Of a stretch of 59,148 nt of DNA, positions 11,327-25,014 are shown piece after piece (the first letter of the stretch is position 1; each line of letters opens with the position of its first letter). Both the position numbers and the translations under genes were made by a program. The stretch is taken from positions 1 to 59,148 of the forward strand of contig NW_021832992.1 of the NCBI RefSeq assembly GCF_006345805.1, given 5' to 3'. This stretch comes from Octopus sinensis. Its lineage: Eukaryota. A model generated the notes under the pieces. It had not been told where the DNA came from and did no database searches. It saw only the letters and a program-made list of their open reading frames with translations.

Positions 11327-13822
11327 TCATCATCATCGTTTAATGTCCGCTTTCCGTGCAGGGGTTGGACGGTTCGACCGGGGTCTGGGAAGCCAGGAGG
11401 CTGCACCGGGCTCCAGTCTTATCTGGCAGTGTTTCTACAGCTGGATGCCCTTCCTAACGCCAACCACTCCGTGAGTGTAGTGGGTGTTTTTTATGTGCCA
11501 CCGGCACAGGTGCCAAGGGAGGCTAGCAGTGTCCACGATCGGTTGGTGCTTTTTATGTGCCACTGGCACAGAAGCCAGTCAAGGCGGCGCTGGCATCGGT
11601 CACATTCAGATGGTGCTTTTTACGTGCCACCAGCACAGGTATCACAACTACTTTTTCCATTTGATATTTATTTTGATGTTCATGTACTTGACTCAATAGG
11701 TCTACTCAAGGACAGCAGGTCGTTCTGCAATCCAAGGTACTTTGAATGGGCTGGGGCTATGCGAAACTGGTGCAGGAAGCAGCCCAGGTCTTTGCAGTCA
11801 CAGCATATCTCCAGAGATCTTGGTCCTTCGACATTGCCTCCGTGATACCTTTCCCCCTGATACCTTCAACTGTTTGGGAGCGGCACTTCTTCATACATCT
11901 CTCCTCATCCATCCGCAGAACATGACCATACCATCGCAAGCGTCTCTCTTGCACACCACATCTGATGCTTCTTATGTCCAGCATTTCTCTCAGGGTGCTT
12001 ACACTCTGGTGTGCATGCACACTGACATTACACATCCAGTGGATCATGTTAGCTTCATTTCTTTCAAGTCTACGCATGTCCTCTGCAGTCACAGCCCATG
12101 TTTCACTACCGTGAAGCATGGCACACATGCATCATACAATCTACCTTTCACTCTGAGCGAAAGACCCTTTGTCGCCAGTAGGGGTAGGAGCTTTCTAAAC
12201 TTTGCCCAGGCTATTCGTATTCTAGTGGTGACACTCTCTGAGCATCCACCTCCACTACTAACTTGGTCACCTAGGTAGCGGAAACTATCAACTACTTCTA
12301 GTTTCTTCCCCTGGAGTGTGATGGAATCTGTTTTCTGAGTATCTGTGGTGTCTTTGGTCTTTGCTACATTTACTCTAAGGCCCTTTGATTCTAAACCTTG
12401 TTTCCACACCCGAAATTTCTTTTCTAGTTCCAGTAGTGATTCTGCTATGAGGGCCAGGTCATCAGCATAGAGGAGCTCCCAGGGCAACCTGTTTTGAATT
12501 CCTCTGTTATTGCCTGGAGGACTATGATGAATAAAAGGGGACTGAGAGCTGAACCTTGGTGGACACCTACTTCTGCCTGGAATTCTTCACTATACTCATT
12601 GCCAATCCTAACCTTGCTGACAGCCTCTCTGTATAGGGCCTGTACAGCCCTTATTAGCCATTCGTCAATCTCCAGTTTCCGCATCGACCACCAGATAAGG
12701 GATCGGGGCACCCTGTCAAAGGCTTTCTCCAAGTCCATGAAAGCTATGTAGAGGGGTTTATCTTTAGCTAGGTATTTCTCCTGCAGTTGCCGAACCAGGA
12801 ATATGGCATCAGTGGTGCTTCTACTCGGCACAAAACCGAACTGCATCTCATCTAAGCAAATTCTCTCCATAATGAGATGGGCTATGATCCTCTCTGAGAC
12901 CTTCATCACCTGATCCAACAGTTTAATACCACTGTAGTTATTTCTATCTAGAGCATCACCTTTACCCTTGTAGCAGTTGACTATGGTGCTGCTACACCAG
13001 TCATTGGGTATGACTCCATTATGAACTACCTGGTTTACAATGTGGGTAACTAGGCCATAGCCCACACAACCAGATGTTTTAAGCATCTCAGTAGTGATTC
13101 CTGATGGGCTGGGGGCTTTACCTGGTTTCATACCCTTAATTGCCTTAACTACTAGGGAGCTGTCTATTCGGATAGCTGGTCCCTCTACTGGGTCAACATT
13201 TGGCAAGCTCTCCTCCTCCCATTCATTCTACACATCCAGCAGTCTCTCATAATGACTTCTCCAAGCCTTTTTCTTTTCAGAAACATTGAAAGCAAGTGCA
13301 CCATCATCCATGCGGATGCATTTCTCTCCTGTGACATCACTATTTTCTCTCACACACTGTCTAGCAATCCGAAATACCTCAGTTCTTTGGTCTTCACGTC
13401 GCTAGACATTGGCAAACTTCTTCTTTTCTGCTTCATCTTTGGCTATGTATACTTGCCACCCAGCCTCCCTTTTGGCTACCTGGTACAGTTCCCTGCTACC
13501 CCCATCCCTCCAGGCTTTCCAGGCTTGTTTCTTTGCTCTAATGGCTTTGTCTACTGTACTATTCCACCACCACGTAACTCTGGGTCTGGAAGGGACTTTG
13601 CACCATTCACAGACTTGGTCTGTGGTACTCGGCAAGCTGTCCCGTAGGAATTTCCAGCTACCTTCTATGTCCGACATCTGTAGCTCCTCCTCCCTCTCAT
13701 CAAATTTCTTGATGAGGATGTCCCTAAATCTCTGACCATGTGAAGGGTTCTTTAGCTTCCAAATCCTTTTCTGGATTGGTCTGTTTCTTGGTATCCTTCT
13801 GGCCTCAAGCCTAAAGTCACTA
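11324..13822 (-). mobile_element. 5'-truncated RTE LINE (copy 2, different subfamily), frameshifted, lacking the PHD finger
   Basis: ORF pieces 13402-13822, 12445-13206, 12089-12487, 11757-12128 homologous to copy 1; (CAT)n at 11324; (TA)n on both sides. Confidence 0.92.
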
Positions 13823-13919
13823 ATGATATATATATATATATATATACACACATTTATAAATATATACATGCATATTTACATTTATATATATATACCTTTA
13901 TAAATATATACATACATAA

Positions 13920-13956
<37 letters not shown>

Positions 13957-14078
13957 CATACATACATATTTAGTCTTGAAATTTAGGATGTTTTTGAAAG
14001 GCACTATATTTTATAATCAGATTATATATACTTTCTCACACAACAATTAAAATACATTTATTTCAAATCACTTATTTA

Positions 14079-15181
14079 TCTATAAAAGGCAGGCTCTGTG
14101 TGTGTGTACGTGAATGTAATTTATGCACGTCCACAAATTAGCATGCATGTTGCTCCAATTTTATGACATTGGTCACAATCATTGCTGTGTTTTTGTCAAC
14201 TTATTTTCCCCGAGGCACCTGCGGATAGTGGTAAAAATCGATTTTCAATTATAACTTTTGCCAATTTCCACATTGGTGAAATTTGTAAGTTTGCTAATAA
14301 TGAGTTAAGTCACCTGTCTAGCAATGGCAAGAAAGAAAAACAAAGGGTAAATTTTTAGATTAACACCCGCACGATTTTCACTAAGAAAAAAGAAAAAAAC
14401 TCGGGTTTTTTGCATGGAATCGAGTACCCTGACCCCCTAATATGCTGCAAATCCCTTATTTTGGTTCGGAAAAAAGTGGGGTAGGGCGAGGGGGTGGCCT
14501 CCCATCCCAGAATCATTGGAAAATTTTTTTTTTTCGTTGAATGAATTCCTGTGACCTCCTAATGTGCAACAAAACCGTTTTGGGGGTTCGAAAAATGGGA
14601 TGGGGTGATGTTGAAGCCTTGGAAATTTCACCTCCACCCCTGTTGATCTTTCCACCCATATGATTTTCACTAAGGAAAAAATAAAAATCTGATTTTTTTT
14701 TGCGTGAAATCATTGGAAATTTTTTTTCATTGAATGAATTCCTGTGGCCTCCAAATGTGCTACAAAACCATTTTGGGGCTCCGAGAAACAGGGTGGGGTA
14801 AGGTTGAAGCCTTGGAAATTTCACCCCCACCCCCATTAATCTTTTCACACATACGATTTTCACTGTAAAGAAAAAAATAAAAATCTGATTTTTTTTGCGT
14901 GAAATCAAGCACCCTGACCTAATATGCTGCAAATCCCTTATTTTCATTCGGAAAAAAAGGAGTGGGGTGAGACCCCCCCACCCAATCCCAGAATCATTGG
15001 GAATTTTTCTTTTTCATTGAATGAATTCCTGTGACCTAATATGCTATAAAACCCTTTTTGGGTCCGAAAAATGGGGTGGAAGCCTTGGAAATTTTACCCA
15101 CTCCCAACATTTTACAGAAATAAATTTTCCAGATTGTGAATTACATGGTTCTCTCTCTCTCTCTCTATACATATATATATA

Positions 15182-15226
<45 letters not shown>

Positions 15227-16507
15227 GTTCTCGTGCTGTTAGCGTTTCGGCGTTTCAGTCGAGTGTATTGGCATTAATGTGGTAACATCTGAAATGTTGT
15301 CATGGTATATGTTTGGCTGATGAAGATAGATCAAGTTTATGGGTGCAGACATATCTTGAAAAATCTGAAACCGGCGCCGGTCCCTCATTATCCTTTCAGA
15401 TGTTCTCCCTGGAGGTAAAACAATTTTTTCTAGTTTGTTGCACTCACGCATTTTTGCTAGTACATACGCGGTGAAGCTATACATTAGCGTCGTATTATTA
15501 CGTTCGCTATTTCCAGTAAATATCGGTACTTCGTTGTGCCATATATTTACTTCTTTATATATATATATATATATATGTAATAGCATGCAAACCTTTGATG
15601 CAACCTTCTCCAATGTAGATCTTCAATGCAGATCTCCGAGGCAACCTTTTCCAATGCATATCTTTGATGCAGCCTTGACTGATAGTACCCCTACGAAGAC
15701 ATTAGGTCTAGATCGGGGTTAGCCGTTGCCTTTCAGAGGCTTCTGAGCCCCCTTTAGCTAGGTTAACTTAGGCTTAGGTTAAGGTTTAGTTGTGATCCGA
15801 ACATAACCTCTTCTGGTACAGAGGATCAGGAGCCCTTTTGGGCTTTCTATTTTCCTTGCTGGAAGGGCTCCCAACCCAGTGGGTTTAGATGGTGGGGGTG
15901 ATGGTTTTGAAAGAGCCAACGTGTGAACCTGATTACCTCTGCTAGTCAACCTCCCAGCACATGCGTTCCCGTCGCAACACTGATTCTGCAAAACTGGGTT
16001 GGGTATGAAAACCAACTTTAAAGTATAAATATCGATTTTTGAATCAGCAATGTTGTGTTCAGTTAAGTCCTATTTGGGGTGAAAAATCAATAAATGGGGT
16101 TTTCCATTCAATGAGGATGAAAAATCAATAAACCGATTCCTTATAGGATTTCTCACTAAAATTGGTTATACCCCATTTTCAACCATAACTTTTACCAATT
16201 TTGATGTATTTTGTTCAAACTTGATGGCGGCGTTACTTAGGACTCATGGGATCTTTGAATGCTTTAAATTCTCCCAAAAAAAAAAAATACAATCGATGAG
16301 TGGAAAAATCGATAAACCGATTCCTTATGGGATTTCCCAATCAAATTGTCTGCAACCCATTTTCAGCCGGACGTTTACCAATTTCAACGGATTTCGCTCA
16401 AATTTGACGTCAGTGTTACTTCGTTGGTTTGAAATAAAGCGCTTGATTAGCTTAATAATCTCACTTAATCTTAGTTAATCCCAGGCAGTGCCGGGCTATA
16501 CTGATAG
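14079..16507 (+). mobile_element. Non-autonomous Helitron with internal tandem repeats
   Basis: 5' A|TCTATAAAAGGCAG; 3' hairpin cccaggcagtgccggg then ctgatag (CTAG-like); ~290-bp repeats at 14350-15110; 15580-16415 matches 29630-30560. Confidence 0.75.
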
Positions 16508-16797
16508 GACATTTATAAATATATATATATATATATACACATTTATAAATAAATAAATATACACATTTATAAATAAATATATATACATTTATAAATATAT
16601 ATATATATATATAAATGGATGAATGAATTATCCTTTGTTTACTGTTGACATGGAAAATTCAATAAACAGTTACCAGGGTAGCAAAATTCACGCAAGTAAC
16701 AAGGATATAGCAACCTATTAATGTGCAGTAATTGGTGTAGTATAAGTAAATAAATGGAGTTGAATGAAGATGCTATTCAAAATCTGTGTTCAACTCC

Positions 16798-16843
<46 letters not shown>

Positions 16844-16854
16844 TTATAAATAAA

Positions 16855-18144
16855 CTAGCAGCATAGCCCGACGTTGCCTGGGTATGTAAGAAACTTTGTC
16901 GATAAGCAATGCCCTTTACCTTTTTACCCTTTTTTGTACTCATTGAACCGTTATTTTGTAAAATGAAGCCTAAAAGGCATTAAGGCATTCAAGGCACCAT
17001 TCCCTTGCATGCATGAAGAAAATCTATGACAGTCAAAGTGCATTTTCTGGTTTTGTTTAGCACACCCAACCCAGTTTTGTGGAATCAGTGTCACGACGGG
17101 AACGCATGGGTTCGGAGTTTGACAGGCAGAGGTGATATGGTTACACATGCCAGCCCTTTTGACACCGCCCCCCTGAACCCAAGTTGGGTTCGGACCACAG
17201 CTAAGTCTAGCGAAAGGGGGCTCGGGAGCCTCTAGTAGGCAACGACTAATCCCGATCTAGTCCTTTCCCTCTAGGGAACGAAGGCGCATGTGTAGGTTGC
17301 AACGTCTTCTCTTCACTCCAATACTTCTGTGTATATGACGTTCCTAGCTGAAGCGGCAAAAATCGACTAAATCGCCTGAAATCCGCAAACTATTTAACAA
17401 AAGTCAGTTTTGTAGGGTTCGCACGGTCGGTCTCAAAGTGATATGGTTTTGTCGATTTCTCCCAATATATGTTAACTGCATTGACAAAAGGTCGTTAGTT
17501 TGACATTTAATGCAAACTTGATGTCCAACATCGGTGTAAGGAAAATCTATGTGAACTTTCAAAAATTATCGCAGAAAAATCGGTTTGCTATGTGTGCCAC
17601 ATATGATGTAATTAACCGATTTTTTCCAGTAATAACATATCCTATTGGAATCAAAAGGGCCATATAGCTCCTTGGAGCAGACATGATGCTCGCTGTGAAT
17701 TTCAAAAAAAATTCCTGCCAATTTGTTAAAGATGTTGAAAATATGTCATCTTGAATTTGAATGCGATTTCCCAAAATGGCATGATTTTATCGATTTTTTT
17801 CTGATGATAAGGTATTGCATGGAAAACTAATGTCAGAATTAAGTTCCTTAGGGTAACATTAAACTTCACCATGAGTTTGGTGAAAATCGATTACAAGTTG
17901 CGAAAACTACAACGGAAAATGTGTTGCATATGATAAGCTTAGATTCTCGACCCCATGTCGAATTTATCGATTTTTTTCAGAACTGGGGGAATTTTTCAAA
18001 ATTTTCGCTGTGTTAGTTTTGAATTATGACATTGGGCTATGTGTGTGTCAAGTTTCATCAGAATCGGTTGAAAGCCGTGGTCAGGGTGAGGGTACAACCT
18101 GACAGACACACAGACAGACAAACTGCCTTTTATATATATAGAGA
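16855..18144 (-). mobile_element. Non-autonomous Helitron with both ends intact
   Basis: Minus strand starts TCTCTATATATATAAAAGGCAG and ends cccaggcaacgtcgggctatgctgCTAG; inserted between A and T. Confidence 0.85.
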
Positions 18145-18293
18145 TATACACATTACGCGAATACCATGAACTTTTTATCCTCTTACCTTACTTAGAGGTC
18201 ATTAGAATAGCTCTTTTGTCTTAATAGCAGTCAATAACACAGTAATTTCCCTTTGTATAACAGTCATTTTTCATAGCGTTTTTCCGATGGCTG

Positions 18294-18354
18294 GATAACT
18301 GAAGAGATGGTGGCGTGGATTTCCACCTCAGCATCTGAAACTCAGAGTTTTATC
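18294..18354 (+). ncRNA. Type I hammerhead ribozyme motif
   Basis: GATAA-CTGAAGA-GATG...CATC-T-GAAAC-TCAGA-GTT^-TTATC. Confidence 0.78.
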
Positions 18355-18464
18355 TTGGCTACTGAATAATTGTCACATATTACATTTACAGATACATTTA
18401 TAAATGTGTTGAAGCATATTCTGTTGTGTCTAGGGAGGATTTATGTAGTGTTTGTGTGTGTAGA

Positions 18465-18503
<39 letters not shown>

Positions 18504-18528
18504 AAACATATATATATATGCATATATA

Positions 18529-18660
18529 AACTAACAAGTATTTTCATTGGAGTTATGATCCCTTAATGAGGTGTATTACCTTTACTTATGTGTGTGTGTA
18601 ATCAAGTAAAGGTAATAAACGTCTTTAGGGGATCATAAATCCAATGAAAATACTGGTTAG
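18529..18660. repeat. Imperfect inverted repeat (~57-bp arms) at the 3' end of a hammerhead-bearing element
   Basis: gtattttcattgga...tattacctttactt versus aagtaaaggtaata...tccaatgaaaatac. Confidence 0.75.
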
Positions 18661-18797
18661 CTACCTATCTACAGAAAATTCAACTATAAAATAACCATAT
18701 AAACCGTGTTTCGTATATTTATGTATTTAAAGAATAAGGAGAAAAATGGAGAGATAATTAAGAAAATTATTTGTTAATTATAAAATATGACAACATC

Positions 18798-18875
18798 TCT
18801 GACAGCTGTTTCAATTCAGAAATCCTTAGATAATTTATAAAATTAAAATCATTATAAGATGAATCTCTTCAGAGA
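18798..18875 (-). ncRNA. Minimal type I hammerhead ribozyme motif
   Basis: Minus strand: TCT-CTGAAGA-GATTCA...TGAATT-GAAAC-AGCT-GTC^-AGA. Confidence 0.78.
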
Positions 18876-19102
18876 TAGTAAAGACATACCGATTAGAAAT
18901 ACATGTTGAGATAATGGCTATAAACTGTTAACTGATAGCATATATACAAAAAGAGCCAGTTATAGAAGGCCTCAATCCAACATAGGGGGAGAAGGTAGTA
19001 TATATTTTGTGTCTTGAAGGAAGAAACGAAGAGGTTAATATAATATCAAAGGGTACAGAGAAGGAGAAAAGGAAGCAGAAAAATGCAATTATATATAAAT
19101 AT

Positions 19103-19245
19103 ATGGCATTAGGAAGGGCACCCAGCCATAGAAACACTGCCAGATCAGACTGGGCCTGATGCAGCCTTCTGGCTTCACAGACCGCAGTTGAACCGTCCAA
19201 CCCATGCTAGCATGGAAAGCGGACGCTAAATGATGATGATGATGA
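19103..19245 (+). mobile_element. RTE 3'-terminal fragment with (ATG)n tail
   Basis: Near-identical to 9974-10105. Confidence 0.9.
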
Positions 19246-19539
19246 TATAATAATGCCTCAGTCCAACATAGGGGGAGAAAGTAGTGTATATTTTCTGTCT
19301 TAAAGAAAGAAAAGATGAGATTAATATAATATCAAAGAGTATAGAGAAGGAGAAAAAGAAAAAGTAAAAAAGGAAACAGAAAAACACATGTATATATATA
19401 TATAATAATAATGTCATATGATATCATACTGATTTATGATACTGCAATACAAAAAATTTAAAGTTATAAAATTTAGGTCAAGTAGAAGCAAACTGTGGCA
19501 ATTATGTATTAACAGAAGTTATCTGAAAGGGTTAAATAA

Positions 19540-20250
19540 TTTCTTGTTTTGCAGTGCGCCTGTCCCACCACCTGTACCAGAAGACTCTATCCTCTGACCT
19601 CTATCGGATGTCTTCAATGAAAACTTCTAGGCTACTTAGAGTTTATCTCCTATGTAAGGTAGCGATCATATAATGCATAAAAATGATGGTGTGATGTATA
19701 CAAGTTAAAGGCTATTGTACGTACATGAATTATGCCTGCTTTCTTTTCAGGTACATGACGCTGCTGTCCCCCATCCCAGGGTCTGATGGGCCCACACCTC
19801 CCACACCCTTAGGGTTGGCACAGTCAATGTGAGCACACTGAAAGGTAGGTCTGGTAAGATTGTTCAGATGCTTGAACAGAGATGTGTAGATTTGTGCTGC
19901 ATCCAAGAAGGTGGAGAGGAGGTTCTGCTAGGTTCCTCTCAAGCACAAAACATAGGTATAAGATTTTCTGGGCAGGAAATATTGATGAGGTCAGGAGCTT
20001 GGGTATACTTCTTGCAGAGAAATAAGTTGATAAGGTAATCAAGGTAGTCAGAGTCTGCAATAGAATATTTAAGATTATATTAACCATTATCTCAGCCTAT
20101 GCCCCTCAGCTGGGGTTACATGATGGACAGAAAGACCAATTTTATGACACCCTCTTGCAGACTACCTTGTCAGCGATTGACAGGGACCTTCTCTTTGTGG
20201 CTGATGACTTTAATGTGCATGTTGGACAACATGCAGGGGACTTCCATGGC
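19540..20250 (+). mobile_element. Older RTE 5' fragment (5' region, putative intron, start of endonuclease)
   Basis: Homologous to 6180-6940; encodes LRVGTVNVSTLKGRSGKIVQMLEQRCVDLCCIQE. Confidence 0.85.
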
Positions 20251-21111
20251 AGTGTTAGTGTTATCTTGTTCGGTGGACGTGTCTTGTTCATCTGTGTCGA
20301 TGTAATAGGCCAAATTGTGTCAACCCTTTAATAATCACTTTCTTTTAGTACTTTTAGTAACTGTTACATACCTAATTAATAAGCAGCTTTCTCCATTATA
20401 ATATAGGTACTGAGAGTGAATGATTGTTGTGTTGTCTACGTTACACATGTTTTGTCCATTTATATATGCCTATAAGTTTCTATAAGTTTTTTTTTCTAAT
20501 ATGTGCATATTATTCATATGCATATCTGTATACCCTTGTGTTTAGGTAGATGTGTGTGCAATATGTTGTGCTCCAATAAATATATTTCCAATATCAATAT
20601 AAGAGTACGGATAATTACCAATCCCCAACACTTATGTGCATGTATACTCATACATACATGTGTGCACATGCACAGATATAGATACATATATATGTATGAA
20701 TATGCATGCATATGTATGCATACATATACACACGTGTGTGTACATGCACGTATGTGCATGTGTGTGCATGCCCATGCAACCATTTGCACACTTGCGTAAA
20801 TACAGGCATGCATGCAAAACCATATGAGCATGTTCATTCACATACAAGTATATACTTGCATATACCGCCCCTTCCTACTTTCCCTCCAACCATGCAACCA
20901 ATTTCCACCACAGTCGATTTCCTGTTCACCATGTGGTATTTTCCAAGTAACTGTTGTCACTGATATACCAACCTCAAACTATGTCACTGCATGACCTTCC
21001 CTCACCATTCTCAGTCCACCTTATGGTTATAACAATCAACTTCTCACATTCAAATTCAAAATGATTAGCATCACGCTTGCATCAAACTGTTTTGATCCAC
21101 ACACACATATA

Positions 21112-21485
21112 TTCTTTTATTTGTTTCAGTCATATGACCGTGGCCATGTTGGAGCACCGCCTTTAGTTGAGCAAATCGACCCCAGGACTTATTCTTTGTA
21201 AGCCTAGTACTTATTCTATCGTTCTCTTTTGCCGAACCGCTAAGTTACGGGGCACGCAAACACGCCACCATCAGTTGTCAAGTGATGTTGGGGGGACAAA
21301 CACATACACACACACACATATACGATGGGCTTCTTTCAGTTTCCATCTACTAAATCCACTTACAAGGCTTTGGTTGGCCCAAGGCTATAGTAGAATACAC
21401 TTGCTCAAGGTGCCACACAGTGGGAATGAACCCAGAACCATGTGGTTGGTAAGCAAGTTACTTACTACACAGCCACTCCTGCACC
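21112..21485 (-). mobile_element. tRNA-derived SINE
   Basis: Minus-strand head ggtgcaggagtggctgtgtag (A box) and ggttcattccc (B box); similar to 22826-23216 and 35224-35540. Confidence 0.85.
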
Positions 21486-21599
21486 TATGTATACATATTA
21501 TATAAAGGATTGTGGGTTAGGCCAGAACAAGCAAAGAAAAATCAAGGCAAATCACAAGAAAACAAATATATAAATTAATGTAGACTTATCTTGCATTCA

Positions 21600-22081
21600 T
21601 TATTTTGGGGTTATGACCCCCATCCTCAAGAAATTAATGAATATTGCAGATGTGCATGTATGTGAGTGTGTGTGAAGTGGGCATGCGCAGAAAGTTGTTG
21701 CTATAGCTTCCTCTAACTCTCTTCTGTTGTTGATGGTTGGTTTCCTTTGGTGTATGAGGATGGCCTTGAAGATTCTAAGGTTGCCCTGATGTGAACTGTG
21801 AATTCCTGGGTCTGGCATTTCTGTAGGTGTCTTCATGGAAGTGTCTGCTTGCATATGTTCCTTTATGCTTATATGCAGTTTTCTTGTTGTGCTTCCTACA
21901 TAGGATACACCACATTTGCCACAGATGATCTCGTATGCAACATAGGTCCTCTGGCACATTTCAGGGTCATTGATGGGCAGTTCGATAATGTGCACTCTTC
22001 GGAGTAGTGAAAGGTGTTGTTCGTGGACAGAGCTTTTCTCAGGGAACAATACATGTATTTAAGCACTACTAATAGTTTCAT
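21600..22081 (-). mobile_element. Penelope-like GIY-YIG endonuclease fragment with a decayed hammerhead at its 3' end
   Basis: YVAYEIICGKCGVSYVGSTTRKLHISIKEH...LRIFKAILIHQRKPTINNRRE; ttgagga-tggggtcataacccc-aaaa at ~21601-21629. Confidence 0.7.
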
Positions 22082-22307
22082 ATGTTGAGAAATACTCCAG
22101 GTGCAAACCAGATATCATAACGAACTAAAAAATAGAATAATAGAAGAGATGTGAAAAAATTGAGAAGGAAACATAGAAAATGAAGAAAGTGAAAAATGGA
22201 AAATGGAAAACATAAATACAGAAACTAAAATGTAAAAATAAAAAAGTAAAACGGTAAAAGAGCTATCTTCCTTAGACCTTAAATGATAAGGCTGGAAAGA
22301 TATCAAG

Positions 22308-22620
22308 TTAGTCAGGAATAGGCGGAATTTTCCAGTTCTTCAAAATATATTTATACATATGCTTGTAACCACTGAAAATTTCGGACCTAGAGTTCAATAG
22401 AGAGTTAGGTATCTTATATCTGAACAGGATCAACTCTCTTTCAGCTAAACAAAGCCTACGCTTATTTGATCCATTTACGTAAGGTATGGATTTCTCAATT
22501 ATTTTCCATTTAATCACATGTAGTGATTCGTTACCTTTCAAAGTCCATACATAGCTAGCCAACTCAGTAGCTTTACTTTTGTCCCTATGTTGGAAGGTGG
22601 CTATGTGATTGGTGTAGAGG
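22308..22620 (-). mobile_element. Penelope-like (Naiad-type) GIY-YIG C-terminal fragment
   Basis: HIATF...ATELASYVWTLK...IKWKII...RLCLAE...LLNSRSE. Confidence 0.7.
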
Positions 22621-24780
22621 TTTCTCCAATGTATGCCATGTTTCTGTCCTTACACACTCCTTCTAAGCACTTTATGCTGTAGACTACATTTCTAGTTTTA
22701 CAGTTAATACCAGGGTTAATGTAACATACTATGCAGTTCTCATTAGTGCATATGGTGTTTTTGAAGGGGTATGTCCTACATAACTGTGATCTGATGAAGC
22801 TTCCTGATTTCTTAAAACTCTTTTACTTCTTTTAGTCATATGACTGCAGCCATGCTGGAACACCACCTTTAGTCGAGCAAATCGACCCCAGGACTTATTC
22901 TTTGTAAGCCTAGTACTTATTCTATCAGTCTCTTTTGCCGAACCACTAAGTTATGTGGACGCAAACACACCACCATTGGTTGTCAAGCGATGTTGGAGGG
23001 ACAAACACAAACACACAAACATATGCACACATACATACATATATACATATATCTGACGGGCTTCTTTCAGTTTCTGTCTACCAAATCCACTCACAAGGCT
23101 TTGGTCGGCCCTAGGCTATAGTAGAAGACACTTGCCCAAGGTGCCACGCAGTGGGATTGAACCTGGAACTATGTGGTTGGTAAGCAAGCTACTTACCACA
23201 CAGCCACTCCTGCGCCTATAATGTTGAGTTTGGTGTATTTCAGAGCCTTCTTAAATCTATGGGCTAATTCCCCATGAGGTGTAGCTTCTACAAACATCAC
23301 TCTTTGATATTTATCAGCCCTGTACCATGTATTCACTCTGTTTGCTTTGTCACAAACCCTCTATACTCTTCCAGTCTTTACTTCTGTATCTAGGATGGGT
23401 ACTACTGGTATCATTATATTTGATGTTATATAATTTCTTTCTACCTTCCCTGTAAACATGAATCCTCTCTTTCTGGTCATATCCAGGAATTGCATGCAGT
23501 GCATGAAGTTCTGTGCATGTTTCCTTGTTTTATTGGGTTTGTTTAGGGAGGACACATCCTAACTAAGTCTGCTATTAGTATGCTAATTTTCAAATTGTGT
23601 GACAATGCTGAGTTCTTGTGAACAATGAATTTAGAAGCTATGGATTTCATGTAATAGGAGTGGAGGAGCTGCATTCTATTGTTTACAGTATCTAACTAAA
23701 GTTCATATCAAGGATTAGGAGTCTATTGTTAGGATGCCTTGGTGGGTAATTTATAGTTACCGTGATACTTCGATGGATGGATTTAGCTATGTGCTGCATG
23801 CTCTCCATTATACTCTTCTCGGTTTCTTTGGTACAGTCACATGGAGTTGTTCTAACTAATATGTCAGCTACAAACCTACAGTAAAGCAATTCTCTTTTAG
23901 ATTGTTCAGCTCAGGATTGTTTGAGTTTTCTGTCCCATCAGGTCATGAAGAGGCAGGCCACATCTCCAACCACATTGACACTGATGGCTGCTCCCTGATC
24001 CTGCATATATAGTTTCTTATCAATCTTTACTATGTGGTTCTTTAAGGTGTTTTTTGTACTAGCTTTTATAGCATGCACAATCGTTCTTTTCACCTGATTG
24101 TCATTCTCAGGTCCTGGGTAGATATGGTCCAGCTACTTCAGTGCTCTGTGGTGCTCTTCTTTGTTACTGAGGTGATGGTGGGTGGGCTTCCTCTTTCAGA
24201 CCTGGTGGGGCAGAATCGTCTTAGGTCATGGTTGTCTTAGGTTAGTTTTCGGAGGCCCAGTTCTCTCATGTTGACTTCACAGAATTCTACTTCACTCTCT
24301 CGGATAATCTCAATGCATTTCTGCACCCTACCTACATAATCTGTGAGATCATTGCAGTGATTGCAGTTACTATTTCTAATGAGGTCCTCTGTCCTCACAC
24401 AGACATCCAGGGTCATTTCAGTGACTGGTCATAACACCTATGAGAGAAAGTAGGATAACCTATGATTGCTGGAGATATTCGCCCCACAAACTAGTCAGGT
24501 TGGGGCCCCATAACAGGGGCTGTGTAGGGTTTATGGTTCTTCCATAACCTGTACAGCATAGGAACATCATTTTTGAATGCTTGGGAATTTTGTGTGGTCT
24601 GTTTTCTGCATTGGAATATGTTGCATTACCCCATATGTGCATTGAGAACTTTTCTACTCTTTCATGTTGTTGTATGGTCTGGACATAATTCTGAAGGCTG
24701 TCTACTGACATATCGCCAGATCTGTCTGTAGGGAGGCACACTAATTGCCAGATCTGTCTGTAGGGAGGCACACTAATTCC
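22620..24780 (-). mobile_element. Decayed Penelope-like (Neptune-type) RT plus GIY-YIG, interrupted by a SINE
   Basis: QGAAISVNVVGDVACLFMT*WD, LYCRFVADI (YxDD position), TINYPPRHPNNRLLILD, HSYYMK, CTNENCIVC..NCKTRNVVYSIKC. Confidence 0.72.
22826..23216 (-). mobile_element. tRNA-derived SINE
   Basis: Minus-strand head ggcgcaggagtggctgtgtggtaag...ggttcaatccc; same family as 21112-21485. Confidence 0.88.
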
Positions 24781-25014
24781 TTGTTCCTAATTAATTGTTT
24801 CAATTTTTGTAGGCTTTTGGTGACTGTTGAGCTTAATTGGTGTGTCTCCCCCTCATGTTTTCTAGTGGTTTTGTTATATTAGTCCAAGATGTGTCAGAGT
24901 CTTACTATCTGTTTGTGGTGAGATACACACCCTTTTGTTGAAGGGAAAGTTTGTGGAGTAAATCCTCATTATGTTGTAAGATTTGTCATTGGAGCTGTAT
25001 AAGACAGAGTCTAG

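Noticed and set aside
18968-19400. ~140-bp direct repeats flanking the RTE fragment as a long target-site duplication
   Set aside because: The flanks are visibly more diverged from each other than the RTE fragment is from other copies, so the repeat likely predates the insertion
23140-23216. tRNA gene
   Set aside because: A/B boxes belong to SINE heads repeated with the same body; no full cloverleaf
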